From Muribaculaceae bacterium (GTDB taxonomy: Bacteria > Bacteroidota > Bacteroidia > Bacteroidales > Muribaculaceae), in the NCBI GenBank assembly GCA_011959405.1, contig BLLX01000003.1:1017-65016 (forward strand): a stretch of DNA of 64,000 nt. The letters are read 5' to 3'. Of this stretch, positions 16,378 to 25,695 are shown one piece after another; the first letter of the stretch is position 1; the number at the start of each line of letters is the position of its first letter. The notes under the pieces were generated by a model, which was given only the letters and a program-made list of their open reading frames with translations, ran no database searches and was not told the DNA's origin. A program made the position numbers and the translations under genes.

Positions 16378-16538
16378 AAAACAATAACTTTTTCAACACA
16401 ATGCGGTTATGCTTGTAAATTTATCCGGTGCAAAGTTATGGAGATATGAGACTGACGGCAATACCGAAAATTAAGTATTTTTTATGCCGGTGAACTTTTC
16501 GTGGCGGAGTATGGTTGTTAGAAATATAAAGATTTTGC

Positions 16539-16546
16539 TAACTTTG
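16539..16546 (+). promoter_or_regulatory. -7 box TAACTTTG
   Basis: TAnnTTTG match 16 nt upstream of the ATG at 16563. Confidence 0.55.
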
Positions 16547-16562
16547 TACCCGTATTTACGTT

Positions 16563-17081
16563 ATGAATTCATCACTTTTAAAAATCAAGCGTCTGGCTGC
16601 GGTAATGCTCTGTGCCGTGGTGGGATTGATTCCGGCTTTGGCCGGCGAGAAAGCCGTCGGTGTGGCCGGTGGTATATCCACTCGCAACGGAGTGGCACCT
16701 GTGGCCGGTGTCTATTTTCAACTCGGTGTCATTCCCCATCTGCGTATTGCCCCGTCGCTTAACTATCAGTTTCGCAAACACGGAGCCGACGCTTTTGCCG
16801 TTAATTTAGATGTGCATTCGCCATGGGCTATCGTGGGCTCGGATTCACGTCTGCGGGTGTATCCTCTTGCCGGATTTCATATAGCGCGCTGGAATTATTT
16901 CCGCAATGGTGATGGAGAAGAGCGCGGCAGGATTGACCGCATCGGATTCAATGTGGGTGGCGGCGTGGAATGGATGCCGTCGAAAGATATGAGACTTAAA
17001 CTGTATGCCGAGGGCAAATATCGCTATGCCCATCGTTTTGATACCGGAGTGGTGACTGTGGGCATCGGCTACGTGTTTTGA
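16563..17081 (+). CDS. Small outer membrane beta-barrel protein (OmpX/OmpW-like)
   Basis: Signal peptide, alternating amphipathic strands, and the C-terminal GIGYVF. Confidence 0.65.
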   Translation: MNSSLLKIKRLAAVMLCAVVGLIPALAGEKAVGVAGGISTRNGVAPVAGVYFQLGVIPHLRIAPSLNYQFRKHGADAFAVNLDVHSPWAIVGSDSRLRVYPLAGFHIARWNYFRNGDGEERGRIDRIGFNVGGGVEWMPSKDMRLKLYAEGKYRYAHRFDTGVVTVGIGYVF

Positions 17082-17111
17082 TGAGTCTGAAATAAATACA
17101 ATAGACAAAGT

Positions 17112-18131
17112 ATGGCAAAAACGGTGATATTGGGTATAGAGTCTTCGTGCGACGATACGTCTGCGGCGGTTATAGCCGACGGCATATTGCTGAGCAATGT
17201 GATCGCATCGCAGAGTGTGCATGAGGAATTTGGCGGCGTGGTGCCTGAACTGGCATCGCGCGCCCATCAGCAGAATATTGTTCCTGTGGTCGACACGGCG
17301 CTGCGGCGTGCAGGAATATGCAGGCATGATCTTTCGGCGATAGCCTTCACCCGCGGCCCGGGATTGCTCGGATCATTGCTCGTTGGCACATCGTTTGCCA
17401 AAGGTATGGCCACGGGGCTGGGGATCCCTCTGGTTGATGTGAATCACCTACACGGTCATGTCCTGAGCCATTTTGTGCGTGAAAATCCTGATGATGCTGT
17501 GCCTGAGTTTCCTTATCTGTGCTTGCTCGTTTCGGGTGGTAATTCGCAGCTTATATGGGTGAAGTCGCCCGTGGACATGGAGATACTCGGCCGTACCATA
17601 GACGATGCGGCAGGAGAGGCTTTCGACAAGTGTGCGAAAGTGATGGGACTGCCTTATCCCGGCGGACCGCACATAGACCGTCTGGCGGCAGAAGGCGATT
17701 CCGGCCGTTTCCGCTTTTCCAAACCGCACATACCCGGACTTGACTACAGCTTCAGTGGCCTTAAGACCAGTTTTCTGTACACTGTCAGGGACGGAATGCG
17801 TCAGAATCCCGATTTTGTGGAACAGAACCGGGCGGATCTTGCCGCATCATTGCAGCGCACGATTATAGATATTCTTCTGGCCAAGCTGAGTCTTGCAGTG
17901 GAGCGTACCGGCGCACGTCAGGTGGCTATAGGCGGAGGTGTGAGCGCCAACAGCGGCGTGCGTCAGGCTGTGGCCCAATTCTGTGCCGAGCGTGGGATAA
18001 GAGCCTTTATTCCAGAGCGCAAGTTCACTACCGACAATGCCGCTATGGTGGCTATGGCGGGTTACTTTAAGTTTATGGCCGGCGATCTGTGCGGTCTGGA
18101 TGCAGTGCCGTTTGCCAGAGTAGGGGTCTGA
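17112..18131 (+). CDS. tsaD: tRNA N6-adenosine threonylcarbamoyltransferase
   Basis: N-terminus ILGIESSCDDTSAAV plus HLHGHV and GGGVSAN, the Kae1/TsaD signatures. Confidence 0.95.
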   Translation: MAKTVILGIESSCDDTSAAVIADGILLSNVIASQSVHEEFGGVVPELASRAHQQNIVPVVDTALRRAGICRHDLSAIAFTRGPGLLGSLLVGTSFAKGMATGLGIPLVDVNHLHGHVLSHFVRENPDDAVPEFPYLCLLVSGGNSQLIWVKSPVDMEILGRTIDDAAGEAFDKCAKVMGLPYPGGPHIDRLAAEGDSGRFRFSKPHIPGLDYSFSGLKTSFLYTVRDGMRQNPDFVEQNRADLAASLQRTIIDILLAKLSLAVERTGARQVAIGGGVSANSGVRQAVAQFCAERGIRAFIPERKFTTDNAAMVAMAGYFKFMAGDLCGLDAVPFARVGV

Positions 18132-18228
18132 TCAGGCATTTTTTATCTGCGCGTTCTCCATTTTGGACATAGTGGAGTTTTTTGTCGGCTAAAATTCCAC
18201 GGCAAAACATTCTTTCGACGATAAGTGT

Positions 18229-18236
18229 TATTTTTG
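18229..18236 (+). promoter_or_regulatory. -7 box TATTTTTG for the efflux operon
   Basis: TAnnTTTG match 44 nt upstream of the ATG at 18281. Confidence 0.5.
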
Positions 18237-18280
18237 CAGCCCGTAAACCGGACTCACGTCACTAAACTATTTATCGTTAT

Positions 18281-19723
18281 ATGTTTCGCACAATTTCAAC
18301 GCTCTGTCTTACAATGCTCTGCGGGGTCGTGTCGATGGCCCAGACGCAGCAGCTCACGTTGGAGAAGTGCCGCGAACTCGCACTTCAGAACAACAAACAG
18401 ATTCTGATCGGCGCCGAAAAGGTACGCGCTGCCGGCTATCAGAAAAAGGAAGCTTTTGCCGCTTATCTGCCGGCCATTGATTTCAATGGCGGATATTTCT
18501 ACAACCAGAAGAATCTGAGTCTGTTCGATTCGGACCAGATGCTCCCCACCAAGACTTTTGATCTGGCCACACAGTCCTATCAGTTCAATCTGGTGAAGAA
18601 TCCCTACACCGGAGAGCCTATCAAGGGACCCGACGGCCAATACGTGCCCGAGACGGTGGCACTGATCCCTAAAGAAGCGATGGAGTTCGACATTCATAAC
18701 GTGTTTTTCGGAGCCGTGACACTGACTCAGCCTATATTTATGGGCGGTAAGATCGTGGCCATGAATAAATTGACTGGATTTGCCGAGGATCTTGCCCGCG
18801 CCATGCACTCAAACGAAGCCCAGAATGTGGTCTATGCTGTCGACGGGGCATACTGGCAGGTGGTGTCGCTGGAAGCGAAAGAAAAGCTTGCATTGAGCTA
18901 TGTGGCTCTTTTGGACTCTCTTGACCGTGACGTGAAAGCCATGGTGGCTCAGGGGGTGGCTACGAGAAGCGATCTGCTGAGTGTGGACGTCAAGCTGAAT
19001 CAGGCCCAGATCGATCTGACAAAAGTGCAGAACGGCGTGGCCCTGAGTAAAATGGCTCTGGCGCAGATATGCGGACTGCCTATTTCCGACGAATATACTC
19101 TGGCCGACGATCTGTCGGCGGTGGATACCAAGGCGGAAATTGCCGACAATTACAATATGGAAGAGGTCTATTCCCGCCGTCAGGATCTTCAGGCTCTTGA
19201 ACTCGGAGCGAAGATCACGGGACAGCAGAAAAATGTGGCCCGTGCGTCTATGATGCCTAATGTAGCTCTGATGGGAACCTACAGTTTCTCGACTCCCAAC
19301 ATGTATGACGGATTTAAAAACCGTGTGGGCGGGGCTTTTTCAGTAGGAGTCGTGGTCAGTGTGCCGATTCTACACTGGGGTGGAAATTATAATAAATATC
19401 GTGCGGCGCGTTCTCAGGAGACAATCATGCAGCTTAAGCTACAGGATGCCCGCGAGATGGTGGACCTGCAGGTGAAGCAGGCGGCATTCAAGGCGCAGGA
19501 AGCCTTGAAAACATACGATATGACTCTGACCAATCTCTCCAAAGCTGATGAGAATCTCCGCACGGCATCGCTCGGGTTCCACGAGGGAGTGCTTGTGGCC
19601 GACGATGTGATGAAGGCACAGACCGCGTGGCTTCAGGCTGAGAGTGAAAAGATAGATGCGTCGATCGACGTGCATCTGTGTGATGTGTATCTGAGCAAGG
19701 TGCTCGGCACGCTTCAGCAGTGA
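18281..19723 (+). CDS. TolC family outer membrane efflux protein
   Basis: 480 aa with a signal peptide. The start LTLEKCRELALQNNKQI and the duplicated helical/barrel architecture are typical of the OEP family. Confidence 0.85.
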   Translation: MFRTISTLCLTMLCGVVSMAQTQQLTLEKCRELALQNNKQILIGAEKVRAAGYQKKEAFAAYLPAIDFNGGYFYNQKNLSLFDSDQMLPTKTFDLATQSYQFNLVKNPYTGEPIKGPDGQYVPETVALIPKEAMEFDIHNVFFGAVTLTQPIFMGGKIVAMNKLTGFAEDLARAMHSNEAQNVVYAVDGAYWQVVSLEAKEKLALSYVALLDSLDRDVKAMVAQGVATRSDLLSVDVKLNQAQIDLTKVQNGVALSKMALAQICGLPISDEYTLADDLSAVDTKAEIADNYNMEEVYSRRQDLQALELGAKITGQQKNVARASMMPNVALMGTYSFSTPNMYDGFKNRVGGAFSVGVVVSVPILHWGGNYNKYRAARSQETIMQLKLQDAREMVDLQVKQAAFKAQEALKTYDMTLTNLSKADENLRTASLGFHEGVLVADDVMKAQTAWLQAESEKIDASIDVHLCDVYLSKVLGTLQQ

Positions 19724-19778
19724 TCGCATTGTTATTAATGAATGAAAATAAAATAATCAGATAAGATAGATATTAATT

Positions 19779-20798
19779 ATGGCTCAAAGCACAACCAATC
19801 CGCAATCCAAAAGCAGCAATGCGCTGTTTCTCTGCCTGGCCGCTGTGGTGGCCGTGGTGATCGTTCTCGCTATAGTCGGTTTCCTGTTTCTGACACCTCC
19901 GGCTGAAATTATCGAAGGTCAGGCCGAAGCCACAAGCGTGCGCGTATCCGGCAAACTGCCCGGACGAGTAGTGGAATTCTATGTCGGCGAGGGTGACGAT
20001 GTGCGTCAGGGAGATACTCTGGTCCACATACACTCTTCGCTTGCTGAAGCCAAACTGATGCAGGCCGAGGGCATGAAGCAGGTGGCCACGTCGCAGAACC
20101 AGAAAGTCGATGCCGGCACCCGGAAGCAGATTGTGCAGGCCGCATATGATCTGTGGCAACAGGCCGTGGCCGCTAAAACCATTGCCGAAAAGACATATAA
20201 ACGCATGGATACCCTCAACAAGGAAGGGGTGATCAGCGATCAGAAACGCGATGAGACCCAGGCGGTCTATAAGGCTGCGTCGGCATCGGAAAGCGCGGCG
20301 CGCAGCCAGTATGATCTTGCGCTCGCAGGCGCTCAGCGCGAGGATAAGGAAGCTGCCGCAGCCATGGTCAATGTGGCTCAAGGCGGAGTGCTTGAAGTTG
20401 AAGCCCTCCTTGAGGACCAGTATCTTACATCTCCTTGCGACGGTCAGATCGAAAGCATATATCCTCATGTGGGTGAGCTGGTGAGCATGGGTGCGCCGAT
20501 CATGAGCGTGCTTCGTCTTGACGATAAGTGGATCACGTTCAATGTGCGCGAGGAGTATCTCAATGACCTGACAATGGGAAAGGAGATCGACATCATGATT
20601 CCCGCTCTGGACAATAAAGAGACAAAGGCGAAGATATTCTATATCGGCGATCTGGGCAGTTATGCCACATGGCACGCCACCAAAAGCACCGGTGACTGGG
20701 ATAGCCGCACATTCCAGATCAAGGCCCGCACTCTGGATGCGATTCCCACTCTGCGTCCCGGAATGACTATCATATATCGCGACCACAGCGGCAAATAA
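19779..20798 (+). CDS. HlyD family periplasmic adaptor (membrane fusion protein)
   Basis: N-terminal TM segment, lipoyl-like motif GEGDDVRQGDTLVHI, a coiled coil, and a beta-barrel domain. Confidence 0.85.
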   Translation: MAQSTTNPQSKSSNALFLCLAAVVAVVIVLAIVGFLFLTPPAEIIEGQAEATSVRVSGKLPGRVVEFYVGEGDDVRQGDTLVHIHSSLAEAKLMQAEGMKQVATSQNQKVDAGTRKQIVQAAYDLWQQAVAAKTIAEKTYKRMDTLNKEGVISDQKRDETQAVYKAASASESAARSQYDLALAGAQREDKEAAAAMVNVAQGGVLEVEALLEDQYLTSPCDGQIESIYPHVGELVSMGAPIMSVLRLDDKWITFNVREEYLNDLTMGKEIDIMIPALDNKETKAKIFYIGDLGSYATWHATKSTGDWDSRTFQIKARTLDAIPTLRPGMTIIYRDHSGK

Positions 20799-20809
20799 TA
20801 ATCCGGCTC

Positions 20810-21970
20810 ATGTCTGGTCTCTATAACTCAATCCGGCGTGAACTGCGCCAGCTCGGATCCCGCAGGCTTTATCTGTGGGCCATGGTGCTGGTGCCTGTCG
20901 GCATGGCCCTGTTTTTTGTGTCGTTGCTGTCGGAAGGATTGCCCGAACGGGTGCCTACGGCCATCGTGGATCTGGACAATTCTTCGCTGTCGCACCGTGT
21001 GAGCCGCTCGCTTAATTCTCAGCAGAATGTGGCCGTGACCATGAATCTCGACAGTTATCACGATGCCATGCGCAAGATTCAGGAGGGCGAGATTTTCGGA
21101 TTTTTCTATATCCCTCGTAATTTCGAGGAAGATGCGCTTAACGGAACAGGCACCACGATAACATATTACACCAATATGACTTATTTCGTGCCCGGTACTT
21201 TGGCCTACAAAGCATTCAAGAGCATGGCGGTGATGGCATCCGGCGGCATAGTGCAGACGCAGCTTACAGGCATGGGTGTGCCTGAGGAAGTAGCCGGAGT
21301 GGTGTTGCAGCCGGTGGTGATAGACGCTCACGGTCTGCACAACCCGTGGCTTAACTATTCGATCTATCTGAGCAATTCGTTTATCCCGTGTCTGCTTGAG
21401 CTGATGATCATGCTGGTCACGGCCTGGAGTATATGCCATGAGATCAAAACCGGCGGTTCGGTGCAGTGGCTGGCGTGTGCCGACGGGTCCATGCTCAAAG
21501 CTGTGGTGGCCAAACTGCTGCCGCAGACGGTGGTTTTTCTCGCCGTGTCGCTATTCATGCAGGTGCTGTTGTTCAGGTATTGCCATTTTCCGCTAAACGG
21601 ATCTTGGAGCGCGATGCTTCTGGCCGGATTCCTGTTTGTGATAGCCTGTCAGTCGTTCGGAGTCATACTGGCGAGTGCTGTGCCTAATCTCAGGCTGGCG
21701 CTCAGCGTGTGCTCGCTTATCGGTATTCTCGCGTTTTCTGTGGCTGGGTTTTCCTTCCCGGTTGAAAAGATGTATGGGGCCATAGGCATATTCAGCTATG
21801 TGCTGCCCATACGCTACTATTTCCTTATATATATAGATCAGGCGCTCAATGGCGTGGGCTTTTACTACTCGAGAGTCTACTATGCTGCTCTGCTGGTATT
21901 CCCTTTGGTTGCCGCGGTGATGACACTCAATCTGAAGCGCTTCTGCCAGCGTCCGGTATATATCAGATAA
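20810..21970 (+). CDS. ABC-2 type transporter permease (YbhS/YhhJ-like)
   Basis: N-terminal TM segment, a large periplasmic loop, then 5 C-terminal TM segments, which is the ABC-2 layout. Confidence 0.8.
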   Translation: MSGLYNSIRRELRQLGSRRLYLWAMVLVPVGMALFFVSLLSEGLPERVPTAIVDLDNSSLSHRVSRSLNSQQNVAVTMNLDSYHDAMRKIQEGEIFGFFYIPRNFEEDALNGTGTTITYYTNMTYFVPGTLAYKAFKSMAVMASGGIVQTQLTGMGVPEEVAGVVLQPVVIDAHGLHNPWLNYSIYLSNSFIPCLLELMIMLVTAWSICHEIKTGGSVQWLACADGSMLKAVVAKLLPQTVVFLAVSLFMQVLLFRYCHFPLNGSWSAMLLAGFLFVIACQSFGVILASAVPNLRLALSVCSLIGILAFSVAGFSFPVEKMYGAIGIFSYVLPIRYYFLIYIDQALNGVGFYYSRVYYAALLVFPLVAAVMTLNLKRFCQRPVYIR

Positions 21971-21985
21971 AAAAACGAAGCAATT

Positions 21986-23233
21986 ATGACAGGTCCTTTA
22001 AGATACATGGCCCGTTGGGTGAGCGAGGTGGCGCACGTGTGGAAACGTGAGCTGCGGCTTATGTTCACCGACATCGGCATTATCCTGTTTTTCTTTGTTC
22101 TGCCGCTGGCCTATCCGCTGGTCTACACTCTTATATACAATCCGGAGGTGGTCAATGACATTGCGGTGGCGGTGGTCGACAACAGCCGCACGTCGCAAAG
22201 CCGCGATCTGGTGCGTCAGCTTGATGCCACGCCGGCCATAGACGTGGTGGGATATGCCTCATCGCTGTCGGAAGCCAAGAGGTGGCATGCCGAAAAGCGA
22301 TGCTACGGTGTGCTCGTGATCCCCGAAAGCTACGCGCGCAATCTTGGACGTGGCGAGCAGAGCACTGTGGAATTTTACAGCGACATGAGTCTGCTGATAC
22401 GTTTCCGCTCATTTCTTTCGGCGTTGACCGATGTGCAGCTTGCCACCGGGGCCAAGATACGCTCTGAGCTGATGGCATCGGCCGGAGTGTCGGGCAGCAT
22501 GGGCGGTGGAGCCCCTATCAGCAACCAGGCTTTTTTCCTCGGAGACACGGAGCAGGGTTTCGCGTCGTTTGTGATACCTGGCATTCTGGTGCTGATTCTT
22601 CAGCAAAGCCTGATTCTTGGCGTGACCATGCTGGCGGGCACATCGACAGAGCGCAGTCTGCGCAACGGAGGGACGGATCCCCTTGAAGTCCCGGCGGGCA
22701 TAACAGCAACCGCGGTGGGCAAGACACTGGCCTATCTGGTGACTTATATCCCCATGGCCGTGTATGCTCTCCACTACGTGCCGATGATATTCTCACTGCC
22801 TCATATCGGCTCGATGACACAATACCTGCCGTTTATCCTGCCCATGTTTATCGCGTCGTCGTTTCTGGGCATGATCATAGCACGGCTTATGGTCCGTGAG
22901 CGCGAGATGGCGTTTATGGTGGTGGTGTTCACCTCCGTTGTCTTCCTGTTCCTTTCCGGACTGACATGGCCGCGTTATGCCATGAGCCCGTTCTGGTATT
23001 GGGTGGGCAACTGCATCCCGGCTGTGTGGGGTGTGGAAGGTTTCATCCGCATCAACTCTAACGGTGCCGATCTTTCGGCCGTGAGTCATCCATACCTGAT
23101 GATGTGGCTGCAGTGTGTAGTTTATTTCGTCATTTACTGGGCTTTGATGAAGTGGACTCGCCGTCGGCAAGTTGTTGCAGCTGTGTCTCAAAAAGATATT
23201 TCAGCAACGGAGTTGCCATCAGAGACTGTTTGA
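21986..23233 (+). CDS. ABC-2 type transporter permease (YbhR-like)
   Basis: Same topology as the preceding gene and paralogous to it. Confidence 0.8.
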   Translation: MTGPLRYMARWVSEVAHVWKRELRLMFTDIGIILFFFVLPLAYPLVYTLIYNPEVVNDIAVAVVDNSRTSQSRDLVRQLDATPAIDVVGYASSLSEAKRWHAEKRCYGVLVIPESYARNLGRGEQSTVEFYSDMSLLIRFRSFLSALTDVQLATGAKIRSELMASAGVSGSMGGGAPISNQAFFLGDTEQGFASFVIPGILVLILQQSLILGVTMLAGTSTERSLRNGGTDPLEVPAGITATAVGKTLAYLVTYIPMAVYALHYVPMIFSLPHIGSMTQYLPFILPMFIASSFLGMIIARLMVREREMAFMVVVFTSVVFLFLSGLTWPRYAMSPFWYWVGNCIPAVWGVEGFIRINSNGADLSAVSHPYLMMWLQCVVYFVIYWALMKWTRRRQVVAAVSQKDISATELPSETV

Positions 23234-23729
23234 TCTCGTCGCGCGCGAGCATTCCGGCAATATCCTCTTGTGTCAGCAGCTTGACGCTCAGATCTTCTGT
23301 GGCGTCAAGCTGCTGGCTCTGTGTCTTGCGCACGCCTTCGGCCACGAAACAATAGGTCAGGTTTGTCTGTGTGCTTGGATTTGCCGAAATCACCGAGAGC
23401 AGGCGCCATCGGCCGCCTGTGTAGCCTGTTTCCTCTGCGAGTTCGCGTCGTGCCGCGGTTTCAGGATCTTCTCCCTCTTCGGCGATTCCCGCGCAGAGTT
23501 CGGTGAACACCTCGCCGAGTCCGTGGCGGTATTGTTCGACCATGATGAAACGGCCGTTTTCGTCACGTGCGATTATGTTTACCCATGTGGGATACTCAAG
23601 AACATAGTATTCGTCGTGTACGGCTCCGGTGGGAAGCTGCACTCGTTCACAGCGAGCCGTAAGCCACGGACGCCTGACCACATATCGGCTTTCGAGAGTG
23701 GTCCATTTTTTGTCGTTACTGTCTGTCAT
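23130..23729 (-). CDS. NUDIX hydrolase (ADP-ribose pyrophosphatase-like)
   Basis: Nudix box GIAEEGEDPETAARRELAEETGY. Confidence 0.88.
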   Translation of the reverse strand: MTDSNDKKWTTLESRYVVRRPWLTARCERVQLPTGAVHDEYYVLEYPTWVNIIARDENGRFIMVEQYRHGLGEVFTELCAGIAEEGEDPETAARRELAEETGYTGGRWRLLSVISANPSTQTNLTYCFVAEGVRKTQSQQLDATEDLSVKLLTQEDIAGMLARDEIKQSLMATPLLKYLFETQLQQLADGESTSSKPSK

Positions 23730-23786
23730 GATAATCTTATAACGAGAGGAAAAGCCTTTTTATTTGCTTGTCGGCTACGGATGTTG

Positions 23787-23794
23787 TAAATTTG
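23787..23794 (+). promoter_or_regulatory. -7 box TAAATTTG with TTTG at 23763-23766 (-33-like), 4 nt from the ATG (leaderless-type)
   Basis: TAnnTTTG match with an upstream TTTG at a 20-nt spacing. Confidence 0.55.
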
Positions 23795-23798
23795 TGCT

Positions 23799-24383
23799 AT
23801 GACAGATATAAGCCAGATTCCGGAAATCACAGCCGCTATCCGACGGTCATGGCCGGTTGGCGAGGAGTCGTTGGCGGCTCTGGCGGCGGTCATCGATCGG
23901 TGCGATTTCGGCAAACGGCAGCTTTTGGTTCGTGCCGGAGCCGCTCTGGGCTACGCTTATTTTATCGAGAAAGGGATGACCCGTTCATACTGGATAGTGG
24001 ACGGAGAGGAGATCACGACTTCTTTTTCAATCGAGGGCGCCATAGTGTTCAGCATGGACGAACTATATTACGGTCGGCTGAGCGAGGAGTATGTGGAGAC
24101 CGTGGAGCCGGTGACGGCCTATGCCATAGCCATAGGGGATCTCCTCCGCATTATGGAGAGCGATCTGGACATGGCAAACTGGGGTAGGGTAATCCATCAG
24201 CATGAATACCGGCGGCTGCACCGTTCGCACAAAGAACGGCTTACTCTGCCGGCGCATGAACGCTATGCCGCTTTTGCCGGACAATTTCCTCAGGTATGTC
24301 GCCGGGCCCGTCTGTCGGACATCGCTTCATATCTTGGCGTGACCCCGTCGACTTTAAGCCGCATAAGGTCTTGCCGCAACTGA
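23799..24383 (+). CDS. Crp/Fnr family transcriptional regulator
   Basis: An N-terminal cNMP-binding-like beta-roll and a C-terminal HTH (LSDIASYLGVTPSTLSRIR). Confidence 0.85.
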   Translation: MTDISQIPEITAAIRRSWPVGEESLAALAAVIDRCDFGKRQLLVRAGAALGYAYFIEKGMTRSYWIVDGEEITTSFSIEGAIVFSMDELYYGRLSEEYVETVEPVTAYAIAIGDLLRIMESDLDMANWGRVIHQHEYRRLHRSHKERLTLPAHERYAAFAGQFPQVCRRARLSDIASYLGVTPSTLSRIRSCRN

Positions 24384-24464
24384 GATTTTGATATAAGACA
24401 ATAAAAAAGTGGTATATTGTCGGTAAATTTGCGCCGGAAAAACGATAAACCGATTCTCTGGATT

Positions 24465-25607
24465 ATGACTGCACCGAACTATGCCGCCGCGGGGATTAAG
24501 CCGCGATATGAATTGCTTGACGGTCTCCGCGGAGTGGCCGCTTTTGCCGTTATATGGTATCACTTTTTTGAGGGTTTTGCCACGTCTCCGACAGACCAGT
24601 GGATGAACCACGGGTATCTGGCTGTGGATTTCTTCTACGTGCTCTCAGGATTTGTGATAGGTTATGCCTACGATGACCGATGGCGTGACGGCGGCATGAC
24701 GGCCGGCAGGTTTATGCTCCGACGGGTGATCCGGCTGCAGCCGATGGTGGTGCTCAGTGTGGTGCTTGGGCTAGTTGCCTTCCTAGTTCAGGGCAGTGTG
24801 CGGTGGGACGGCTCTGCCGTGCCTGTTGGCATGGTTCTGTTGTCGCTGCTTATGGGGCTTTTTCTGATTCCCGTTTTTCCTGGGATGGGGGCCGATGTGC
24901 GTGGCAACGGAGAGATGTTTCCTCTGAACGGTCCGAGCTGGTCGCTGTTTTTTGAATACATAGGCAGCATTCTGTATGCTGTTGTGCTCCACCGCCTTTC
25001 GCGCAAAGCGCTTGCGTGTGTGACTGCTGTCTCCGGGGCGGGTCTGGCCATAATGGCTGTAGGCGATTTTTCAGGAGCCTATCATCTTGGCATGGGCTGG
25101 TCCATGGGTGGCTGGGGTTTTCTCGGAGGATTCCTGCGGCTGTCATTCTCCTTTTCTGTAGGACTGCTCATGGCACGTGGATTCAGGCCCGTGCATGTCA
25201 GGGGGGCTTTCTGGATATGCGGCGCTTTGATACTGGCCGTGCTTGCATGCCCGTATATCGGTGTCGGTGACGGACCATCCGTGTTCAACGGAATTTACGA
25301 CACTTTTTGCACTCTGGCGGTATTTCCTGCCATAGTATATATGGGCGCGTCTGGGGCGACCACCGACATCATGTCGACGCGTATATGCGGTTTTCTCGGC
25401 CGGTTGTCATATCCCGTCTATATCATACATTATCCGGTCATGTATCTGTTTTATGCCTGGGTGTGGAACAATGGTCTTTCCTTCGCACGCGTGTGGCCTG
25501 TGTGCGTGGCATTACTGGTGCTGATCACTGCCATGGCGTGGGCCGCGCTGCGTTTCTATGACGAGCCTGTGCGCAACGCACTGTCACACCGCTGGCTCGG
25601 ACGCTGA
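24465..25607 (+). CDS. Acyltransferase family 3 membrane protein
   Basis: About 10 TM segments with the N-terminal motif LDGLRGVAAFAVIWYHF. I prefer the ATG at 24465 over the TTG at 24417. Confidence 0.8.
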   Translation: MTAPNYAAAGIKPRYELLDGLRGVAAFAVIWYHFFEGFATSPTDQWMNHGYLAVDFFYVLSGFVIGYAYDDRWRDGGMTAGRFMLRRVIRLQPMVVLSVVLGLVAFLVQGSVRWDGSAVPVGMVLLSLLMGLFLIPVFPGMGADVRGNGEMFPLNGPSWSLFFEYIGSILYAVVLHRLSRKALACVTAVSGAGLAIMAVGDFSGAYHLGMGWSMGGWGFLGGFLRLSFSFSVGLLMARGFRPVHVRGAFWICGALILAVLACPYIGVGDGPSVFNGIYDTFCTLAVFPAIVYMGASGATTDIMSTRICGFLGRLSYPVYIIHYPVMYLFYAWVWNNGLSFARVWPVCVALLVLITAMAWAALRFYDEPVRNALSHRWLGR

Positions 25608-25662
25608 TTCCGGCCATGTCGGTTTTTACGGCAAACTTGGGGTAATTTTCAAGAATTCTCAG

Positions 25663-25670
25663 TAAATTTG
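25663..25670 (+). promoter_or_regulatory. -7 box TAAATTTG for typA
   Basis: TAnnTTTG match 25 nt upstream of the ATG at 25696. Confidence 0.55.
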
Positions 25671-25695
25671 CACCCTTGAAACAATTACCAAGTAT

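Noticed and set aside
19773-20786. A 337-aa antisense ORF almost exactly co-extensive with the HlyD adaptor gene.
   Set aside because: It has a low-complexity, Arg/His/Cys-rich composition and no recognisable motif. The sense strand encodes a clear HlyD protein. Long antisense ORFs occur throughout this window, which is consistent with codon-bias artefacts.
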